Shown: piece by piece, positions 25,883-31,430 of the stretch
How positions within the stretch are numbered: the first letter of the stretch is position 1
Layout: each line of letters opens with the position of its first letter
Origin: Candidatus Altiarchaeota archaeon
GTDB lineage: Archaea > Altiarchaeota > Altiarchaeia > IMC4 > SCGC-AAA252-I15
NCBI GenBank assembly: GCA_043800705.1
Contig: JAZDMS010000005.1
Location: 1-31,430, forward strand
Direction: 5' to 3'
DNA length: 31,430 nucleotides
Position numbers and translations under genes: made by a program
The notes under the pieces: model-generated
Seen by the model: only the letters and a program-made list of their open reading frames with translations
What the model was told of the DNA's origin: nothing
The model's database searches: none

Positions 25883-26418
25883 ATCATCGCCCCCGGTCGG
25901 TCTTCCCAGACACTGACTTCAAGAAACATCGTCTGATTCCTGAAGGAGACTATGCGCGCAGAGGTCACTACGGAATCCGAATATTCCAGATTTCCCGTGC
26001 TTTTAATGATCGCCCCCTCCGGTGTGCGCAGGCGAACCACGCAGCCGGTTCCCCCCATCATGAAGAGCTCCCTCAGCCGCGGCTCACCCAACAACTTAAG
26101 CGCCTCAACCTTCCCCTCAGAAAGCCGCCGATCAGAGCCGGCCAATCCAAGGACCGACACATTTGAAACATCGTCCTCCCAATCCGGGGGAATGCCCGGA
26201 CTCTTGACAAGGAGATTGGAGATCCTGTTGGCCTTGTCCTCAAGAGCCCGCATATGCTCAGTCTCATCAAGCCGCACTTTGCCGATCCCCCAGGCAGCGG
26301 ATAAAAGCCCCAGCGCAAGGATAGAAAGCACGACTCCGACGACAAGGTCGGCGCTGAATGCCTGGCCCCTACGTGAATTCAATCCAACCACCCCGGTTCC
26401 GGACGACATATGTGCCAC
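25879..26418 (-). CDS. Pilin-like protein with class III signal peptide (start uncertain)
   Basis: RRG|QAFSADL + hydrophobic helix; LVKSPG.P.DW...V..LGLA motif typical of archaeal pilus-cluster proteins. Confidence 0.8.
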   Translation of the reverse strand: MAHMSSGTGVVGLNSRRGQAFSADLVVGVVLSILALGLLSAAWGIGKVRLDETEHMRALEDKANRISNLLVKSPGIPPDWEDDVSNVSVLGLAGSDRRLSEGKVEALKLLGEPRLRELFMMGGTGCVVRLRTPEGAIIKSTGNLEYSDSVVTSARIVSFRNQTMFLEVSVWEDRPGAMI

Positions 26419-26869
26419 CGGTTAGATGCTTGGGCTCCTTTACAGCAGCCCCGGATAATTCGCAGAAATATCCGCCGTCTGCCGGGTCGACGATCCCTGG
26501 ATAGACTGTATAGTTTCCCCTCAGCCTGTATTCGACCTCGGCCCCTCCTCCAGCGGCATAGACAGCATCGATGACTGTTGACAATCCCGCGCAGCCGACG
26601 GCCTGGGAAAGCCTTAGGTCCCTGTCGGCGGCCTCCGCATGCATCCCCAGACTCAAGCCCCAAATAAGGGTGAGATACAACATCACCAGGCTCACTGCCA
26701 TGACCGCCTCGACGCACAACTGCCCCTTTGTGAGAAGTGGCGGTGACTGTCGGACTGCTTCTATGCTCCTTCGTAGCCCACCGCGCCGCTTCACACACGC
26801 CACAATCCGCAAAAATTTTTGGACCCCGTTATCAGTGCCCGGAAGAGGGGCGGATTGTGAGCGTTTCAT
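26369..26869 (-). CDS. Pilin-like protein whose leader is extended by a repeat element
   Basis: ATG 26869 overlaps the upstream stop (ATGA). KG|QLCVE + hydrophobic helix, then ID.VY..G.G as in the adhesin's pilin domain. Confidence 0.75.
   Translation of the reverse strand: MKRSQSAPLPGTDNGVQKFLRIVACVKRRGGLRRSIEAVRQSPPLLTKGQLCVEAVMAVSLVMLYLTLIWGLSLGMHAEAADRDLRLSQAVGCAGLSTVIDAVYAAGGGAEVEYRLRGNYTVYPGIVDPADGGYFCELSGAAVKEPKHLTGGTYVVRNRGGWIEFT
26735..26868. repeat. Palindromic repeat element, copy 2 (shorter; left boundary approximate)
   Basis: Conserved blocks at 26793-26810 and 26843-26868; CACAATCCGC/GCGGATTGTG inverted repeat. Confidence 0.8.
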
Positions 26870-28965
26870 TTTGTGAGTGTCACATAGTCCAACCAGCCGT
26901 TGCATGAGCCGCACCCCGTGTCCGAAGGCTGGCATTCTAGGCCGACGATGTATGAGAAATCCAGGTACCGTATGTTGTCCCAATCCACTGCCCCGACCCG
27001 CCGCGTGGGATTCCTCAAATTCACGGAATATTGGCGCCAGTTAGGATCGGGGGTGGGGGCGTTGTATTCCAGGTAGTTGTTCCTGTCCGTGCCTATCCTC
27101 AGGAACGACCCCTTTCCGGCCCCTGCGCAATTGCTCCAATGGCACGAATCGTGATGGAATTGATTCCATATGTGCCATGCCTTGCCGTACACCTTTAGCG
27201 TCCCGTTCTGGTAGGGGGCGTATGCTCCGACCTCGGTATGCTCCATTATCGTAAGCTCAGTGTAGGAGAATCTGCTCTCGGCGCACTGCCACCACGGTTC
27301 TCCGACCCAGCCGGGCCCAAACCCCCAACTGGCGTTCGCCTCCGCATAATCATAGATCTGGCTTCCCTCCATCCGATGCAACACGATCCACGGCGGGGGA
27401 GGACAATCTCCGCAGGCCGAGGCGTCCTCAGCCGTAGACTGTGAGCAGTCGACCGACGCATCACATGCGTAGGATGTGGTCCTCCCATGACAGGGGTATA
27501 TGCCGTCATAGCATGTGTCGCTGGACTCCCTGCAGGACTGACCGGCGCAGGCAGAGACGTCTACGGACATGTTCCAGGTGCTCTGGTCGAAGTCGGGGGA
27601 ACATGAATCCAAGCCGCTGCATTCCCCCCTATAGAAGCCCCCCTGGCACAGGCCAGGATTTCCGCATGCCGTTTGATCCGCAAACGGGGTGCAGTCGGTG
27701 TTGAACGTGTCATTATACAGAGGCTGCGGATTTGACGAGGCCCCCATGCAGCTGCAGCACTTGTTTGCCGGGCACTTCATCCCGTATGACGTGCATCGGC
27801 CCCACCCGCATGAGGGGCCGTCCGCCACGCAGTTCCTCGTCCCCGCGCAGTCGGATAGGCCGCAGGGCTGAGTCTCTCCCATTGTGCAGGGGAAGCCCTC
27901 GGCCGCGTCATCCACCCCGTCGCATATCGGGCAGGCGCCTCCGCCGTCGATGACCGTCTCGCCGCAGTTGATGACATTGTCGAAGCAGTGTGCGCAGTTG
28001 TTGCAGTAGTTCGGGTCTCTGCAGCCCGATCCGCAGGAGATCCAGATCTCTGATGCCGGCTGACAGCGGCATCCGACAACGCAGTCACCGAACGGAGGCA
28101 CAGCCTTGTATCTGCTACCGGCCGCATCACACAAGACCCCCCCGGACGGGTTGGGGCAATACTCGCTTAAAGGCTCGGGGAAACTCAATGTCGTCGTCTC
28201 GCACTCCTCTGACGGATCCTTCACGCCGTCTCCGCAGACGACGCCACCCACGGATACGTCGACCTGGGCTTCGGCGAACAATCCGCCCCCCTCGGCGCGA
28301 ATGTGATCCGTGTATCTCCCGGGGATTATCCCGTTCGGCGTCCTCACGGAAACTTGGATCACCTTCGTTTCGCCCAGGGACAAGTCGACAACGGACTCAT
28401 TGAAGGCAAATTCGACTGGTGTCGATTCCCCCGCAGACAGCCGCACATCCGACAAATCCGTGTCCCCCGCATCCGTCACGTTCACGACGATTCTCGTCAG
28501 ATTGGCGGACGTCGTCTCAACGACCATATGCGAGGGGGCCAACACCAGGCCGCTGCCCAAAACGACATAACCCGAGCGCGTATACTCGACAGATATCTGA
28601 TGCACGCCGTCGACCAACGGTATGCTGCCCTTCAGGGGGGCATCTGTGACTTCAAGAACTTCAGTGAAGCCGCCGCCCGGCAGATCCAACACCATGTTCA
28701 TCAGGCCGTCGGAAGCCTGTGTCCGGATCACCCCGGTAGGCACCCTTACGGTTATGGTCTCCCTACGCCCCGGCCCCGAACTGTAGACGCCATCCACAGT
28801 CATCCTAATGTCCTTCATCGTGGCCTCTGCCATGCTGAGCCTGTTTGCAGTCTCCCATTCGGGATAAAAATATATGAGCGAAGCTGACACCGCGAGCATG
28901 AAAAGCCCCAATATCGAGACGAGCTCTATCGACGACTGACCCCTAACCTTTCCCATAACATTCAC
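26866..28965 (-). CDS. Large pilin-anchored Cys-rich adhesin-like protein
   Basis: KVRG|QSSIE class III signal, pilin domain, Ig-like segment, CGDG..D..EEC and C.D...N.GET..D.GG.C Cys motifs, Trp-rich C-terminal domain. Start at GTG 28965 or ATG 28956. Confidence 0.82.
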   Translation of the reverse strand: MNVMGKVRGQSSIELVSILGLFMLAVSASLIYFYPEWETANRLSMAEATMKDIRMTVDGVYSSGPGRRETITVRVPTGVIRTQASDGLMNMVLDLPGGGFTEVLEVTDAPLKGSIPLVDGVHQISVEYTRSGYVVLGSGLVLAPSHMVVETTSANLTRIVVNVTDAGDTDLSDVRLSAGESTPVEFAFNESVVDLSLGETKVIQVSVRTPNGIIPGRYTDHIRAEGGGLFAEAQVDVSVGGVVCGDGVKDPSEECETTTLSFPEPLSEYCPNPSGGVLCDAAGSRYKAVPPFGDCVVGCRCQPASEIWISCGSGCRDPNYCNNCAHCFDNVINCGETVIDGGGACPICDGVDDAAEGFPCTMGETQPCGLSDCAGTRNCVADGPSCGWGRCTSYGMKCPANKCCSCMGASSNPQPLYNDTFNTDCTPFADQTACGNPGLCQGGFYRGECSGLDSCSPDFDQSTWNMSVDVSACAGQSCRESSDTCYDGIYPCHGRTTSYACDASVDCSQSTAEDASACGDCPPPPWIVLHRMEGSQIYDYAEANASWGFGPGWVGEPWWQCAESRFSYTELTIMEHTEVGAYAPYQNGTLKVYGKAWHIWNQFHHDSCHWSNCAGAGKGSFLRIGTDRNNYLEYNAPTPDPNWRQYSVNLRNPTRRVGAVDWDNIRYLDFSYIVGLECQPSDTGCGSCNGWLDYVTLTK

Positions 28966-29118
28966 CCATTTTTAGAAATGACGGCCGGATGAGGCAGTGC
29001 AGGAGTAAGTCGCACGCCAGGAGACCCGTGCATGCCGCAAGGCCCCATTCACTAGCCATATCCACCGAGTAGACAACCCGAAAAAAAGGATTAAAAAGAA
29101 GACTAGTATTTGGTAGTA

Positions 29119-30342
29119 CTACCTTGAGAGCCTTTTCCTGCCGGAACCGTTCCTATCCAGATGGAGGATGAGCGTCGAGGCAAGGAAGACGAACCCCATG
29201 AAGAGGAAGGCGTTCTTTATCCCGTAGAACTGACATATGAAGCCGCCGAACAGGGGCCCGGCCACGAAACCGAGGTCCATGAACAGGTCCCATACTCCGG
29301 CGACGCAACCTTTCTTATGGCCTTCTGCCAGGTCGATGATGAGGCCGAAAAGCGCAGGCATGGAGAGCGCCCAGCCGAGCGACGTGAGCAGGGCGAAGAC
29401 AACGGCGTGAATTAAATCGGCACTGAAGGAGAACATCACAAGAGACATGCCCATGACCAATAGGCCGGCAGTCAGCACCGGCCTCTTACCGAACCTGTCT
29501 GCGAGTTTCCCCGCCGGGAAGGATAGGACGATGCCCAGTATGGAGAACGAGGCCATGACGAGCCCCCCGAGTTCCGGGGAGAGGCCCAATCCGTCGGGGC
29601 CGGAGAACAGCGGCTGGAACGTCAGGAGCGTTTGCTCCCAGGCGGTGAACAGGAGCGTGAAGTAAAGGAGTATGACGCCCGAGCCCCCCATCGACCTGAC
29701 CTCATTGACCGACCTTTTCAGGAAAGGCTCCTTGACGCATGTATCCAAGGCTGTCTTCATCGGCCTGTGGTTCGTCTCCTCCAGGAAAAAGAACAGCACG
29801 CAGGCCGCAAGCACCAGGATGAAACCGTAGAACCCTATTATCCCCGAAAAGCCGGCCGACGCCAGCAGGAACCCGGCGAGCAGCGGGCCGATGCTCTGGC
29901 CCAGGTATTTGACCTCCATGTCGAGGCCGTACTCCTGGCTTCTGTCCAGCTTGTCCGTGTGCGACGCGAAGTATGCGTCCCTCGGGACCCGCCATATCTG
30001 GAAGGCAAGCCCCCAGACGAAGAAAAATAGATAAAGCGGCGCGTTCTGCCGGAAATGGAATATGAGTGAAGCCGATACTACCGCAATGAGGAGTCCCGCG
30101 ATCATAAGCCTCCTCTTGCTGACCCTGTCGGACAAGGAACCCAGCGGGAGATCGATGAGTAGGCCCGCAGCCGCGGCGATGGAAATGAAGAGCCCTATCT
30201 CGAGGTAGGATTTTCCGGCGCCCTCCAGATAGGTCGGGAACGCGAACTCTACTGCGAAGTCCGCCATCCACCAAAGCAGGGTCGCGACCAAGATGACGAC
30301 CAGCTTCCGATGCAACAGATGGCCGTGACGCAGGAGGTGCAT
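29119..30342 (-). CDS. MFS transporter
   Basis: About 12 TM segments; motif A twice (GSLSDRVSKRR, GKLADRFGKR). Probable start at ATG 30342. Confidence 0.93.
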   Translation of the reverse strand: MHLLRHGHLLHRKLVVILVATLLWWMADFAVEFAFPTYLEGAGKSYLEIGLFISIAAAAGLLIDLPLGSLSDRVSKRRLMIAGLLIAVVSASLIFHFRQNAPLYLFFFVWGLAFQIWRVPRDAYFASHTDKLDRSQEYGLDMEVKYLGQSIGPLLAGFLLASAGFSGIIGFYGFILVLAACVLFFFLEETNHRPMKTALDTCVKEPFLKRSVNEVRSMGGSGVILLYFTLLFTAWEQTLLTFQPLFSGPDGLGLSPELGGLVMASFSILGIVLSFPAGKLADRFGKRPVLTAGLLVMGMSLVMFSFSADLIHAVVFALLTSLGWALSMPALFGLIIDLAEGHKKGCVAGVWDLFMDLGFVAGPLFGGFICQFYGIKNAFLFMGFVFLASTLILHLDRNGSGRKRLSR

Positions 30343-30366
30343 TTTGGAACGGAAGTATATGCGATT

Positions 30367-30384
30367 AAAGAAAGAAAAAAAGAA
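30367..30384 (-). terminator. Oligo-T terminator-like tract
   Basis: TTCTTTTTTTCTTTCTTT on the minus strand directly after the structured segment. Confidence 0.5.
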
Positions 30385-30500
30385 GTTAGCGGGGAATGGA
30401 TTATCCACCTGAACCGCGGAGGGCTACCGCCCTCCCCAGTCCTAGGTTACCCCTGACCCACCCGAAACGGGTATTGTGGCGCCTGAAGGCGCCACAGAAC
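30385..30500 (-). ncRNA. Unassigned GC-rich structured RNA candidate
   Basis: Consecutive hairpins TGTGGCGCC-TTCA-GGCGCCACA, ACCCG-TTT-CGGGT, GGACTG.GGAGGGC-GGTA-GCCCTCC.CGGTTC and GGTGGA-TAA-TCCATT, followed by a T-tract. Confidence 0.45.
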
Positions 30501-30508
30501 GCATTAAA

Positions 30509-31234
30509 CTATTTTTGACTTAACAAGTAGTAGAGACTATATTCTGATATAAGAAGGGCATACATAGCCTGTTTGAATGTTAATTTATCATGTGTACCTT
30601 TAGAATGGAAGTGGTACAAATTGTCCATAACTCCTGCAATGGAGTCTATAAGTTCAGCCTCGCTTTCTGAGCTAGATGATAATATTTTCTTTATTTTATC
30701 TTCTCTTTTAAGGCCTTTGTCAGGAACTAGCTGGTTTATTACTTTGTCCAATAATTCCCGCATGGAAGTGACTGCTTGACGTTCCTTATCCTTGTGGTTT
30801 GAAGTTAAAGTTTCCCAAGAACCAACTCGCATATTCGGAAATTCAGGATTTAATTTAATTAATAATCCGTCTAACTCAGATCGTACTTTCTTATCAATTT
30901 CACCAACACCTGTGGTTGGTCTAATATCTAATAATCCATCCAGAGTATAGCCTAATGCATTGAGTTCTTGTTGAATAGCACTACGCTCGAAAGGATGGAA
31001 CGGATAATGCCCGTTATAACTTTTTAACAATTTTGAAAGGAATGAAATTAAAACACCCTCGTCTTCACGATACACTTCTTTAAAAAAAAATATTAGACAG
31101 TCAATATGTTGAACTGGTCTTTTTACTTTTCCCCAGTTCTTTTCAATTGGAATAACCAGATCTGGTTGATTAAATGCGAACCATGTATCGTATACACCAT
31201 AATATCTGAGAAGGTATCCCCAGTCATTATTACT
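30509..31234 (-). pseudogene. HEPN-like (pPIWI-associating nuclease-type) gene, 5' end interrupted by an IS
   Basis: L..LL..LNP....M..G.WE.L.S...D..RQA.TS.REL...V...L.PD and SKGTH, recognised from memory of this family. The track's TTG start (31246) lies inside the IS end. Confidence 0.6.
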
Positions 31235-31430
31235 TGTATAGTGCAAGGATTTATGTCCTAAAAGCGTGCAAGGGTTTATGTCCGCTTTTACCAGAGTAGG
31301 TGGTGAAAGCTACGTTGGACATACGATCAAAGGCGGTATTGTTTTGTGAAGAGAAGGTCAAAAGCCGAAAAGAGATTTGCGAGATGTATGACATCTCTGA
31401 GCGCACTCTCAGACGATGGGTAAAGCTATA
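31235..31430 (+). mobile_element. Left end of an IS481/IS1202-like insertion sequence
   Basis: Starts with TGT; two 18-nt direct repeats GTGCAAGGRTTTATGTCC (31241-31258, 31266-31283); then a transposase-like HTH ORF. Confidence 0.75.
31300..31430 (+). CDS. Transposase N-terminal HTH (partial)
   Basis: GTG start: MVKATLDIRSKAVLFCEEKVKSRKEICEMYDISERTLRRWVKL, which fits the C..Y.IS..TL.RW HTH pattern. Confidence 0.75.
   Translation, partial: MVKATLDIRSKAVLFCEEKVKSRKEICEMYDISERTLRRWVKL

Noticed and set aside
26865-26880. 16-nt match TTCATTTTGTGAGTGT shared with the tRNA-leader array (2366-2381)
   Set aside because: A single 16-mer match is within plausible chance for a 31-kb window, it lies in coding sequence, and the flanks do not extend.
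2555-28887. Numerous long plus-strand ORFs antisense to the ribosomal, EF, aRF1 and pilus genes (e.g. 15211-16479, 5534-6502, 23828-24877)
   Set aside because: Shadow frames of GC-rich, codon-biased minus-strand genes, with no recognisable motifs.
28980-29060. GCCAGGAGACC (cobalamin riboswitch-like) and GCCGGATG...AAGTCGCACG (group II intron domain V-like) words
   Set aside because: They are on the opposite strand to the downstream operon, and the required stems and other conserved elements cannot be formed.
30445-30471. ACCCCTGACCCACCCGAAACGG resembling 5S rRNA loop C
   Set aside because: The flanking GTTAAG and helices I/II of 5S rRNA are absent.

Overview
Archaeal chromosomal window. The gene content and Cys-rich surface proteins suggest a DPANN-type lineage such as Altiarchaeota (inference only). 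Almost everything is on the minus strand. Right to left: (1) the left end of an IS481/IS1202-like element that cuts into an AT-rich HEPN-like nuclease gene, followed by a GC-rich structured RNA-like segment; (2) an MFS transporter; (3) a type IV pilus/Tad-like operon (five class III signal peptide proteins including a Cys-rich adhesin, a secretion ATPase with a long N-extension, a fused TadB/C membrane protein, a KaiC-like ATPase) and small Cys/Zn proteins; (4) a stand-alone C-terminal half of PheRS beta and aRF1; (5) a ribosomal superoperon uL3...uS14 joined directly to uS7-EF2-EF1A-uS10, with a 1-nt frameshift in EF1A; (6) an intron-containing tRNA-Glu(TTC); (7) an AT-rich GT-C glycosyltransferase and a partial AbrB-type gene. 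The most unusual signal is a ~570-nt modular array upstream of tRNA-Glu. It holds two tRNA-Glu 5' halves with a 49-nt D-loop insertion, interleaved with two families of short hairpins whose stems show compensatory changes; one family matches the non-canonical arm of a Kt-7 kink-turn. Also notable is a palindromic repeat element translated in-frame inside two different pilus genes.
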